Assembly (NCBI GenBank): GCA_965262915.1
Contig: OZ253564.1
Coordinates: 4,160,001-4,224,000, forward strand
Source: Candidatus Spongiisociaceae bacterium
Lineage (GTDB): Bacteria; Actinomycetota; Acidimicrobiia; Spongiisociales; Spongiisociaceae
DNA length: 64,000 bases
Direction: 5' to 3'
Shown here: one piece after another, positions 18,262-27,001 of the stretch
How the letters are laid out: every line of letters starts with the position of its first letter
How positions within the stretch are numbered: position 1 is the stretch's first letter
Notes under the pieces: generated by a model
Database searches by the model: none
Seen by the model: only the letters and a program-made list of their open reading frames with translations
Told to the model about the DNA's origin: nothing
Program-made: the position numbers and the translations under genes

Positions 18262-18311
18262 ACCAAACCGCCCCATCATCGATTTGACAACCATAGGAGC
18301 ATCGAAGAGCC

Positions 18312-18400
18312 CCATAAGCCCCGTCCGTCGTGTGGGGCGTGTGGTGGGTTGGTGTGGTCCAAGGGTGAGCGGACGGTGGTGTTGGTGGATTTGCCGGGTA
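18312..18400 (+). pseudogene. Third ISL3 transposase fragment
   Basis: KPRPSCGACGGLVWSKGERTVVLVDLP. Confidence 0.8.
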
Positions 18401-18412
18401 CGGTGAGGACGA

Positions 18413-19036
18413 TTATGTGCGTCCATCGTATTCGTCGACGAGCCTAGTCAGGCGCTCCCGGATTCCTTTACCCGAGCGCTTGTCCGCGAGGAGGGAGTGA
18501 ATATCTCGGCAAACGCTGGACACCCAGTCTCGTTCGTGCCGGTAGGCGGCATTCGCGGAGAAGGTACTGTCACACAACGCCATCAGGTCGTCATAGTAAA
18601 CGATACCGGTGAACTCCGCGAGGTCGAGTATATCCTGGATGTCTTTACCGCGACCTGACAGCAGTTTCAATGCCAATAGTGTTTCAGGGTCCGCCGCCCG
18701 AACCAGTAGTGAACTGCCTTCGTAAACCGTACCGAACGACGTGCTAGGAAGATCGGCGTCGATTATCTGGCCAGCATCATCATTGATCCAGTTGTCGGCC
18801 ATCCCATGGCGTCGAGCAACGATACGGGATGCTTCCAGAACTTGTGGTGGGATTGGTCCCGCGACGACGTCCACATCTTGGGTGAGCCTTCCCCCAATAA
18901 TACCTCCGATCGCAGCGCCCCCAATCACATACAGAACATACATGTTCCCGGGTGGAGTTTCTGAACATAGTACTTCGTCGACTTCGGCAAGCAGGCCCAT
19001 CAATTCAGAGTGGGTGCGGTATGGAAGCACACTCAC
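18413..19036 (-). CDS. DUF6036-family nucleotidyltransferase (putative TA toxin)
   Basis: LYVIGGAAI, RLTQDVDV, NWINDDA, LLALKLLSGRGKDIQDI; GTG start overlaps upstream TGA. Confidence 0.85.
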   Translation of the reverse strand: MSVLPYRTHSELMGLLAEVDEVLCSETPPGNMYVLYVIGGAAIGGIIGGRLTQDVDVVAGPIPPQVLEASRIVARRHGMADNWINDDAGQIIDADLPSTSFGTVYEGSSLLVRAADPETLLALKLLSGRGKDIQDILDLAEFTGIVYYDDLMALCDSTFSANAAYRHERDWVSSVCRDIHSLLADKRSGKGIRERLTRLVDEYDGRT

Positions 19037-19536
19037 CGGATTATGAACTCGGTGTAGTTCTCCTTCGTTACCCGGCTGCGCACGGAGGCGATGAACTGAT
19101 AGTCGAACCACACATTATGGTATTCGCAAGCGGGGGGAGCGTTCACCAAGGTATGTTCCCAGATGAATCCCCGCATAGTACAACTCCGATCCCAGGCCAA
19201 CGCTACGGCCGATTTATGGCCCCACACCCAGTCTGTAATCTGGACCCCGTCACGATCACAAAGAGCATGAACCACGGCAGCGATCCGGCAAAGATCCTCT
19301 GGGTCTGGACCCACAGGAGCGTCTTTGATCATGATCTCCCGGTCCTGCGGAAAGGAGTCCCACTGCTTGATGAGAAGGGAGAGAGGTACGTGAGGTCTGG
19401 ATTCGCCGGGTTTCATGAGGGAAGGGAGGTCTGCCGCCCTTACCCGTCGGTAAGGCGCTGCCTTCTCATAGGATGGTGGTTGATTAACGATCCTCACGGG
19501 CACGCTCGTGACCCCCGACACGCTCTTTAGGCGCAT
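19033..19536 (-). CDS. Hypothetical protein, putative antitoxin partner of the DUF6036 NTase
   Basis: Translationally coupled to the NTase gene; decayed paralog at 12612-12965. Confidence 0.75.
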   Translation of the reverse strand: MRLKSVSGVTSVPVRIVNQPPSYEKAAPYRRVRAADLPSLMKPGESRPHVPLSLLIKQWDSFPQDREIMIKDAPVGPDPEDLCRIAAVVHALCDRDGVQITDWVWGHKSAVALAWDRSCTMRGFIWEHTLVNAPPACEYHNVWFDYQFIASVRSRVTKENYTEFIIR

Positions 19537-19814
19537 AGCACTTACCTCACCGTCTAGTCTACTAGCGGATCTGGGTTAGTTTCGGATGACGCTCGCTGCG
19601 AGTTGCCGCCCGATTCTTCCTGGCGCCGTTAACTACCGCTAACCCATCCCGTCGCCAGGGGGCGCCCCACACCCACCCGGGTACCCCCAATAAACCAACC
19701 CCGGCCGATCTCGCGTGTCGTGTGTCGTGGGTCGCTGCGTGTCTCTCAGCGATGGCCCCGCGTGCCACCGGGCTTTCAGTGACTGAGGCCTACCACGCCA
19801 GTCGCGTCTGAGCC

Positions 19815-19899
19815 GAGGTGACGTCCTGCCTAGTTCGGAGGTGACGTCGTCCCTAGACTCATATCGAAGTGCCTGCTCGGGGGTGGTCGCGAGGATCCT
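19815..19899 (+). repeat. Dispersed island repeat, copy C
   Basis: Boxes at 19815 and 19838; GGTCGCGAGGATCCT at 19885 (47 bp after the last box); first 39 bp identical to copy D. Confidence 0.9.
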
Positions 19900-19993
19900 C
19901 AGCTTCGCTACGGTCAAACGGGTAGGGCGCGGTACCAATGTTGAGCAGCGCCGCCGCGAAGTCGTTGCCGGAACCTATTAGACTGAAGGAGTC

Positions 19994-20488
19994 ATGGGCA
20001 ACAACACCATCACAGCAGCCCAGCCCGACCCGAACGTGGATTCTCAGAACGACCCGATGGTCCTGAGAATGATCGACTGGCGCGGCTGCTCCGCGGTTGA
20101 GTACGTTCCCGGACGCGTGGGAAGCCACCCCTCCTTCATCGGCCGTCGTATCTCGGTGCAGGGTTTGGTTGACTGGATCGAAGCGGGTCGTTCGTGGGAG
20201 GGTTTCGCTGAAACGTTCCGAATCGAACCGGACGCTGTGAAGGAGGCGTTCCGCTACTTGAACAACGACCCGCCTGTGGAAATCGTCGATTTAACCGACT
20301 GCCCCGCGGTGTGTATCGGCTATAGGGGCGTCCCGGTGTTCGAGGACTCGCGGTTCCCGGTTGAGTCGCTGTTCCACTACATCAAAGGCGGGAAGACGGC
20401 ACAGGAGTTCAGCGCAACCTACGGGTTCGGCTACGACCTCGTCGCAGCCGTCCTCCGCCACGCCGCCGTTGAGAGCCATTGGGCGTAG
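19994..20488 (+). CDS. Tandem DUF433 antitoxin
   Basis: Two DUF433-like units (PGRVGSHPSFIGRRISV..; RGVPVFEDSRFPVESLF..); RBS AAGGAG. Confidence 0.85.
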   Translation: MGNNTITAAQPDPNVDSQNDPMVLRMIDWRGCSAVEYVPGRVGSHPSFIGRRISVQGLVDWIEAGRSWEGFAETFRIEPDAVKEAFRYLNNDPPVEIVDLTDCPAVCIGYRGVPVFEDSRFPVESLFHYIKGGKTAQEFSATYGFGYDLVAAVLRHAAVESHWA

Positions 20489-20506
20489 CCGACGAGACTG
20501 GTTGCT

Positions 20507-20794
20507 GTGAGAATCCTGATCGACGAGGACCTGAACATACGCCTGAGACACCTCTTCCCGGACGACGACATATCCACGGTCGAGTACATGGGATGGAAGG
20601 GATTGGACAACGGGACTCTGTTAGACACCGCCGAGCAACACGGTTTTGTCCTCATCATCACTGGTGACACGAACATGAGCGATCAGCAGAACTTGCACAG
20701 GCGAACAATCGCGTGTGTTCTAACAGACAAAGCCTGGCCCGTTACCCCTGAACACGAACAGGAACTCGTAGCCAGGGTAGACAGGTTCCGGTGA
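20507..20794 (+). CDS. DUF5615/PIN-like (VapC45-type) toxin
   Basis: MRILIDEDL...GWKGLDNGTLLDTAEQHGFVLIITGDTNMSDQQNL. Confidence 0.88.
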   Translation: MRILIDEDLNIRLRHLFPDDDISTVEYMGWKGLDNGTLLDTAEQHGFVLIITGDTNMSDQQNLHRRTIACVLTDKAWPVTPEHEQELVARVDRFR

Positions 20795-20952
20795 CACGTC
20801 GAGTGCCCTCTAGATGGTACGGAAGCGCCGCAGCAGCAAGATCTCCGTCTGGGCTTCCCCCAAAACCGGGAAGGAATACTGCCGTCTCCACGCGGATGCT
20901 TCCGGAAGGCTGACATGACCGGGTCGCCCGCCGGTGCCGTGGACAGGTTCTG

Positions 20953-21168
20953 ATGGCGCCCACCACCGAAGAGAACGCGCGAGAGGTCCTCGCCCACCGC
21001 CGGGCCGCTCAGCAGGGACTGCGCCTGTCGAAGAGTCGCAGCCTCGCTGTCGGGCTGAGCGTGCTGTTCTGGCTGGCCGTACACGACCCCCTAGGCGCCT
21101 GGATAGCCGGGGCGGGCACGGTCGCTCTGCTGGCGCTCGCTACCGCCGGTCGCGAAGACCCCGCCTAA
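20953..21168 (+). CDS. Small hypothetical protein with hydrophobic C-terminal half, 3' end fused to a repeat half-site
   Basis: 71-aa ORF; last codons come from GGTCGCGAAGACCCC at 21148. Confidence 0.35.
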   Translation: MAPTTEENAREVLAHRRAAQQGLRLSKSRSLAVGLSVLFWLAVHDPLGAWIAGAGTVALLALATAGREDPA

Positions 21169-21220
21169 GACACGACGACGACGGCACGACGGGGGCACGA
21201 AACGACGGGCACGACGACGG
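21148..21220 (+). repeat. Right half (copy F) of the dispersed island repeat with CACGAC-rich tail
   Basis: GGTCGCGAAGACCCC followed by several CACGAC(G)-like units. Confidence 0.75.
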
Positions 21221-21545
21221 GGGCGGCCACGCCACGCCACCGCGCTACGCCGCCCCCCTCCCTGACTCGCCGTCTGACCCACGGCGTCCGACCGCACGCG
21301 GCTAGTTCCGCCGATCCCCCACGACCTGCAGTCTGGTTGGCCTCACCCGTGAGACACATCGTCCATTGCCCACAGCAAAACCCCGTTGCGAACCGTCGGT
21401 GATTCCACTGGGCGCACCTTGACCAGTGGCTCCTTGCTCATCTATCCCTTCAGTACTGGCAATGGCCGGTTGCTATGTAGCTAGACGCGTTCGATTGTCT
21501 AGCCTAAGGGTTCGTAGCCGGGGTTGACTCCCGGCGCTCATTGAG

Positions 21546-21582
21546 GGGGATACCGAGAGGGAACTTGGTATCCCCCCGTTTA
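21546..21582 (+). terminator. Strong hairpin, possible intrinsic terminator
   Basis: GGGGGATACCGAG-AGGGAA-CTTGGTATCCCCC followed by CGTTTA. Confidence 0.5.
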
Positions 21583-21684
21583 CTGCTTGAAGTCCTACCC
21601 GGACTCCCCCGGCTAAGTGCCTGGTCGGAGGGTGCTGCAGTGCCCGCCCCGACGGCCTCGTCCGTGGGCAGCGCCCCCCATCTC

Positions 21685-21769
21685 GAGGTGACGTCCTGCC
21701 TAGTTCGGAGGTGACGTCGTCCCGAGACCCCTACCGAAGTGCCTGGTGGGGGGTGGTCGCGAAGACCCC
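21685..21769 (+). repeat. Dispersed island repeat, copy D, near the island/core boundary
   Basis: Boxes at 21685 and 21708; GGTCGCGAAGACCCC at 21755 (47 bp after the last box). Confidence 0.9.
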
Positions 21770-22113
21770 GCTCCGGGGTGTTAGCCGTTCGAGGGTACCT
21801 GTCCGCCCGTTGGGGATCGGGTCTTGTGGGTGGGGTAGCGTAACTGCTCACAGCCGGCTCGGGTCGCCTTTCTATCAGAACCGACTCGTCAGCGGTACGG
21901 TGGCATCAGGTAGGAGGGGAGGCTGCAGGATCAAGCTGGGCAACCCGGTGAGCAGCCCATAACGCAGGGACTCTCACACAGCCGAAGGTATCCGCCGACA
22001 CATCGTCGTAAGCCCCGGCCTCAACGTCTTCCCGCTGTCTCTGCAGGCGAACCTCGTGCTCCGCTACCGAAGACCCGGGTCAGCGATGGTGGCGAACATG
22101 CCGCGTGCGCCTC

Positions 22114-22848
22114 TCAGTCGTGGTCCGTGCGGAATCGGGTCACCAGGGACGCAGGGTCGCGGAATACCACGGAGCGGGCCAGAGCCTGGTCGGCGCCCGC
22201 ACGCCGCGCCTGCTCCAATGCCTCGACATCCACGTGCGGACCGTAGGCCAAGCAGCCGATCGGGCGCTCCACCGCTGCCTCTATGACCTGGAACGCCGCC
22301 GGGTGCTCCAAGTCCACCACGACGCCATCCAGAGCCGGTGGCAGGTCCTGGCCTTTGAGCGGAACCACCGCCCAGCCGGATCTCTTCAAGCCCCCCTCAA
22401 GCTTCGACCTGTCCATGAGGTTCCGGGTGAGCAACCCCGCCGTCCTCCGGGTCATGGCGGCCGCCTTGGCCGCTCCCCAAGCCAGGTGGGCCCGCCAGAC
22501 ACCCTCACCCAGGTCGCGGGAGGAGGCCGGGGCGAGGTCGTAGAGATCGCCGGGCAGGGCGTTGCTGGCCAGGGCGTCCCTGGCTGCGGCAGGGTGGCCT
22601 GCATCGGCCAGCACCTTGGTCGGGAACCTCATGGCATCCTGGAACAACTCGAGAGGACCGCGGTCCTGGCTGGGAAACGGAAGGCTCAACATCCGTGAGA
22701 GGGCCTCCTCCAGCCATCTGCGGCCTTCCTCGATGGCATCGTCCAACCCTGGCGGCTCGCTGACCGCCCGACCCGCCAGTACGGCCCTCACGTACGGCTC
22801 GTAGGCGGCCGCGAGTACTTCCGACAGCCGGGCGTTTGTCTCGCTCAC
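22114..22848 (-). CDS. Hypothetical protein with C-terminal receiver-like domain
   Basis: VVVDLE...LAYGPHVD.EALEQARRAGADQALARSVVF; last gene of a coupled operon. Confidence 0.75.
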   Translation of the reverse strand: MSETNARLSEVLAAAYEPYVRAVLAGRAVSEPPGLDDAIEEGRRWLEEALSRMLSLPFPSQDRGPLELFQDAMRFPTKVLADAGHPAAARDALASNALPGDLYDLAPASSRDLGEGVWRAHLAWGAAKAAAMTRRTAGLLTRNLMDRSKLEGGLKRSGWAVVPLKGQDLPPALDGVVVDLEHPAAFQVIEAAVERPIGCLAYGPHVDVEALEQARRAGADQALARSVVFRDPASLVTRFRTDHD

Positions 22849-22861
22849 CGATAACCTCCTC

Positions 22862-23827
22862 TCATCCTGAGAATACCTGCACGACCATGAGACCCAGCGG
22901 ACCTTCGAGAGCCGACACCCCCACGCGGGTGAACCTCGGGTCGAGCATCGTGGCTCGGTGCGGCGACGAAGCCAGCAATCCCTCGTGCACGGTGGCCACG
23001 GTCGGGGAGAGGGCCAGGTTCTCGCCGACGACCCTGAAGGGAATCCCCCGGGCCTCCAGACGCTCGTCGACGGTTCCGGTTACCGGTGAGACATGGGAGA
23101 AGTAGCCGTCCTCGTACATCTCCCGCCCATGCCCGCCGGCCACTTCGGCCAGCGCCGCCGACCATGCCACCGCCGCCACCCCCTCCTCGATCCTGGCCAG
23201 GTTGAGATTCTCGAACAGCACGCGGGCCTGCTCGGGACCGTCGGCCAGTTCCCATGGGGTTTCGAGCGGGATCGCCACCCGCTCCTCACCCTCGATCACC
23301 ACCTGGCCCCGGCCGGCCAGGCGGTTGATGTTCACGAAGGACTCCAGCAGGCGGTCTCCCAGCACCCGGCTGACCACCGGGGTGACCGCGTTCCCCTGCG
23401 ACAGCACCGCTCCGGCGACACGGGAATCGGAGACGAGTGCCCGGAGACGGGCCGGGAGGTTGGGCGTGGCGCCGGCCAGGAGAAGCAACAGCACCGCCAC
23501 CACGACGAACCAGGCGCCCGAGAGCACCGCTCCGGCGATGCGATCCACGGGGCGGAGAGGACCCAGAACAGCCACCGATCTCCTGGCTGCCAGCGTGCCA
23601 GCCGCGAGGACGACCAAGAAAACAACCACCGAACCCATGATCCTCGCCGCGAGCGGGTCGGTACCCGTCCACGACCCCACGAAAGCCGCTCCGGCGGGGC
23701 CGGCACGGTAGCCGACGAGGATCGCCACCACCATCACCACCAGGCCCAACGCTCCTCTGAGGAGGCCGCTGCGGTATCCGCGGAACAGGGCGGCCAGGAG
23801 CCCCACCCCGAGCAGGAGATCGAGCAT
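22862..23827 (-). CDS. CvpA (colicin V production) + CAP/SCP domain protein
   Basis: GYRSG, DRIAGAVL in TM part; NLARIEEG, YFSHVSP, GENLA, SSPHRATMLDPRFTRVGV. Confidence 0.88.
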   Translation of the reverse strand: MLDLLLGVGLLAALFRGYRSGLLRGALGLVVMVVAILVGYRAGPAGAAFVGSWTGTDPLAARIMGSVVVFLVVLAAGTLAARRSVAVLGPLRPVDRIAGAVLSGAWFVVVAVLLLLLAGATPNLPARLRALVSDSRVAGAVLSQGNAVTPVVSRVLGDRLLESFVNINRLAGRGQVVIEGEERVAIPLETPWELADGPEQARVLFENLNLARIEEGVAAVAWSAALAEVAGGHGREMYEDGYFSHVSPVTGTVDERLEARGIPFRVVGENLALSPTVATVHEGLLASSPHRATMLDPRFTRVGVSALEGPLGLMVVQVFSG

Positions 23828-23831
23828 CTGG

Positions 23832-25133
23832 TCAGTCGTCCTGGGACCGAACGGTCTCCACGGACGGTTCCCCGGCACTGCCGCCGGGCGTCCCGGTCGT
23901 GACAGCCTCCCCCGGGACCTCATCCCCACCGTCGGCCGGCGCCGCGCGGGAACCCTCCGAGCGCGTACGGCGGAGCCGCTCCTTCAACGGCTCGGGCTCG
24001 TACTCCACTATGACATCCTGGAGTGCCTGGTCCCACGACTCGCCCAGTACCCGGGTCCGCCACAGGTGGCCGGCAACGATCTTCAGAACGGCGGTGACGG
24101 GCACCGCGATGAGGATACCGAACAGGCCCCCAATCGAGCCCCCGGCCAGCAGGCCCAGGATGATGGTGACCGGATTGAGATGGACCGCCACCCGCAGGAT
24201 CAGGGGGCTGACGAAGTGGTTGTCGAACTGCTGGATGGCCAGGAACGCCACCATCACCCACACGGCCCGGATAGGGTCGCCGACGACCAGGGCCGTCGAG
24301 ACTCCCAAGGCCCCGCCCACCCATGGTCCGATGAAGGGCACGATGTTGAGCAGGCCGGCGATCATCCCGACGATCAGCCAGAAGGGCAGGTCGAGGATTC
24401 GGAGCGCCAGGCTGGAGAGCAGGCCGACGATCACCGCCACCATGAGTTGGCCCCGGATGAAACCGCCCACCGCCTTCCCGATCTGTCTCGCTACGTGGAC
24501 CATCTCGGCCCGGTCGGCCTTCGGGATGAGGCGTTCGGCGGCCTGCCGCAGGTTGTGAGCGTCCACGAGGATGTAGAAGGCCAGCACCGGCGCCAGCAGC
24601 ACGATGACCACCACCTCCAGAACTCCCCGGGCGATCTCCCCTATCCGGCCGATACCCTCCAGGATCACTTCCCGGTTGGCCGGATCGGCGAACCAGTCGC
24701 TCAGCCCTCCCGAGAGGGTATCCACGTCCTGGAAACCGGCAGGGAGGTTGAGCCAGACGGCCACGTCCGACAGGACCATGGCGGCACTGTCGATCACCTC
24801 CGGCACGTGGTCGACCAGCTCCACCGACTGGCTGCTGATCACCGGAACCATCAGGACCCCTATCAGGACCAGCACCCCCCCGAACAGCAGGTAGGAGAGG
24901 CATCCACCCGCCACCCTGGGTACCTTGTAGCGCTCGAGCCGGTCCACCAGCGGCTTGAAGAGATAGACGATGATTACCGCGAAGATGAGCGGCGGCCAGA
25001 TGATCCTCAACTGGAGCACCAGCCAGGCCAGCAGCGCCACCACCAGGCAGGCCCCGACGATGCTCCAAGCCGCTATGCCCATACCGCGCAGCCACTCGAA
25101 CCGGCGGCGCGCCTCCCGATCCTGCTGACTCAC
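23832..25133 (-). CDS. AI-2E family (PerM-like) transporter
   Basis: GFIRGQL, NIVPFIGP, IQQFDNHFVSPLI, GGLFGILIAVP. Confidence 0.92.
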   Translation of the reverse strand: MSQQDREARRRFEWLRGMGIAAWSIVGACLVVALLAWLVLQLRIIWPPLIFAVIIVYLFKPLVDRLERYKVPRVAGGCLSYLLFGGVLVLIGVLMVPVISSQSVELVDHVPEVIDSAAMVLSDVAVWLNLPAGFQDVDTLSGGLSDWFADPANREVILEGIGRIGEIARGVLEVVVIVLLAPVLAFYILVDAHNLRQAAERLIPKADRAEMVHVARQIGKAVGGFIRGQLMVAVIVGLLSSLALRILDLPFWLIVGMIAGLLNIVPFIGPWVGGALGVSTALVVGDPIRAVWVMVAFLAIQQFDNHFVSPLILRVAVHLNPVTIILGLLAGGSIGGLFGILIAVPVTAVLKIVAGHLWRTRVLGESWDQALQDVIVEYEPEPLKERLRRTRSEGSRAAPADGGDEVPGEAVTTGTPGGSAGEPSVETVRSQDD

Positions 25134-25317
25134 CTTCTACCCCGTGGCTTACTCATGCTGTCCGATTCCTACGATACGGCATCCCATCGACCTGCCAGCG
25201 GTTTTGCGGCTCTCTCGGAGGGTGGTCACGACCTCCGGTCGGTCCGACGGTCGATGACAAGAGGCTACGTCAGAGGACGACGGGCCAACCATTTAGCCCC
25301 GGATTCCGGGCACCCTC

Positions 25318-26265
25318 CTACCCTTGTTCCGCGTTCGGCTGCCATTGCTCCACCACCAGATCCGATCCGGGGTCCACCTCCACGAGATACCGGGAGGCGC
25401 CGCCCCCCACGTACCGTTTCCCGCCGGCCGTCACCTCCCAACCCGGGCCCACCCGGACCGGACCGACCACCTCCACCGACGCATCCGAAGGGACCGCCAG
25501 TACCAGTTCACCACCGACGCGAACCGGTACGTCCCCTGACGGAGCGCCCAGCCGGACCCGACCGCCGGAAGCCACCCGCAGGAAATCCACCCTTACCATG
25601 GTCAGGTCGGCATCGAGACTCGTAGCCAGGACGGTGATCTCCCACCGCGGGGAGGGGGAGACGGACACTCTCCACCCGCTCGACCCGAACCAACCCGGTT
25701 CCGGCCCCTCCCTCAGCCGGACCGTCATGTCGCGGTCGGCCAAAACCTCCGAGGCGCGGGCGGGCGCGATGTTCCCACCGGTCCGCATGGGACTCACCTC
25801 GTAGAGGGGCCCCGCGGCGCCATCCAGTACGACTTCCCCTTCCAGTTGGATGTCGAGCACCGCGGACGTGATGTCACCGCCGACCGCGGGTCCCGCCAGG
25901 TGACCTGCCGATGAGGGAAGCACATCCCAACCCCCCAGGTGCAACGCCAGACCCACGACCACCCAGCCGAGCAACAGGAGGGGTGGGGCGACGCCGGGCC
26001 CCGAACCGATTGCACGCAGGTGATGCCTCAACATCCGGCGACGTATCAGCACCGGCGTGATAGTGACCAGCCAACCCGGCCAGAGCGAGACGACATCTAC
26101 CAGAACGGATCGCATCAACCATCCGACCTCTCCGGCGACCACCAGTAGGACGACCGCAACTGCCAGGACGGCCCATGCGTACGCGGCGCGTACGCGGCCC
26201 CTCCGCGCGTGGCGACCCCTGGCGCGGAAAGAACGGGACCTCCGCTTCGCAGTCGGACCTATCAC
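25318..26265 (-). CDS. Hypothetical membrane protein with extracellular beta domain
   Basis: N-terminal TM helices; start overlaps the upstream gene stop. Confidence 0.7.
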   Translation of the reverse strand: MIGPTAKRRSRSFRARGRHARRGRVRAAYAWAVLAVAVVLLVVAGEVGWLMRSVLVDVVSLWPGWLVTITPVLIRRRMLRHHLRAIGSGPGVAPPLLLLGWVVVGLALHLGGWDVLPSSAGHLAGPAVGGDITSAVLDIQLEGEVVLDGAAGPLYEVSPMRTGGNIAPARASEVLADRDMTVRLREGPEPGWFGSSGWRVSVSPSPRWEITVLATSLDADLTMVRVDFLRVASGGRVRLGAPSGDVPVRVGGELVLAVPSDASVEVVGPVRVGPGWEVTAGGKRYVGGGASRYLVEVDPGSDLVVEQWQPNAEQG

Positions 26266-26852
26266 TCGCGGAAGGAAGCCCCGACAACCACGGTCAGCGG
26301 CGCCCGGGGGTTGTCACCGGGAAACGGTTCGACGTTGGCGTCGGGTATCGACTCCGCCAGAACCTCGGCCTCCCGCTCGAATCCGTCCACGAACCAGACA
26401 ACCGAGACATCCAGTAGGGAGGGGTGGTTGCCGGGTTCGACGGTGCGGTAGCCCAGGCCGGATAGCCGGTCCGTGACGCGACCCGCCAAGCCGCCGGTCC
26501 GCGTCGAGTTGAGCACCAGTACGGTGAGTTGGGCGGGTTCCCGTACCGGCGAGGTCGTGGTGGTCGTTGTCGCGGTCGAAGTGGTGGTCGGCACGGTGGA
26601 TGTAGTGGACGGGACCGTGGTGGAGGGCCGGGCCGTCGTGGTGGTCGCCGGCTCGCTAGGAGACGGATCGGCGGAGGTGGATGTGGGAGCAGTGGTCCCG
26701 CCGGAACCCAGCCCCTCCGACCGGCCCAACAGGAAACGGGTCCCCAGGGCGACAACCACAACTATCACCAGAGACACCAGGACAAGCGTGATCATCCGTC
26801 TCAGGTCACGGCGAAAGCGGCCCCGATCCGCGGAAGCGTGCCTTCCTGGCAT
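26262..26852 (-). CDS. LytR C-terminal domain protein
   Basis: TM + Thr-rich linker + VLVLNSTRTGGLAGRV...LTVVVG. Confidence 0.88.
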   Translation of the reverse strand: MPGRHASADRGRFRRDLRRMITLVLVSLVIVVVVALGTRFLLGRSEGLGSGGTTAPTSTSADPSPSEPATTTTARPSTTVPSTTSTVPTTTSTATTTTTTSPVREPAQLTVLVLNSTRTGGLAGRVTDRLSGLGYRTVEPGNHPSLLDVSVVWFVDGFEREAEVLAESIPDANVEPFPGDNPRAPLTVVVGASFRE

Positions 26853-27001
26853 CGACTACTCCTCTTGTTCGGAATCTGGGGTCGGAATCCCCGAAAGTAC
26901 TGCCATAGCAGGGTGGTGCAAGACACGGCCCGTCGATCGATGACGCGATGCCTGTTCAGAGCAAGACGGGCCGTCGGTCCCCATCGTTTTACAGCACTCT
27001 C

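Larger units (their letters stand above)
15386..18303 (+). mobile_element. IS110-family element (bridge recombinase type) carrying a nested ISL3
   Basis: Ends share core (A)TC; right end has TTGACA (18284), left end has CATAAT (15390), forming a promoter on circularisation; no TIRs. Confidence 0.88.

Noticed and set aside
21361-21480. Cobalamin or SAM riboswitch
   Set aside because: GCCACTG occurs on the - strand but the other conserved boxes and a suitable downstream gene are missing
8463-21769. Dispersed repeats as a CRISPR array or classical attC sites
   Set aside because: Spacing is kb-scale and irregular, there are no RYYYAAC/GTTRRRY boxes and no intI in the window
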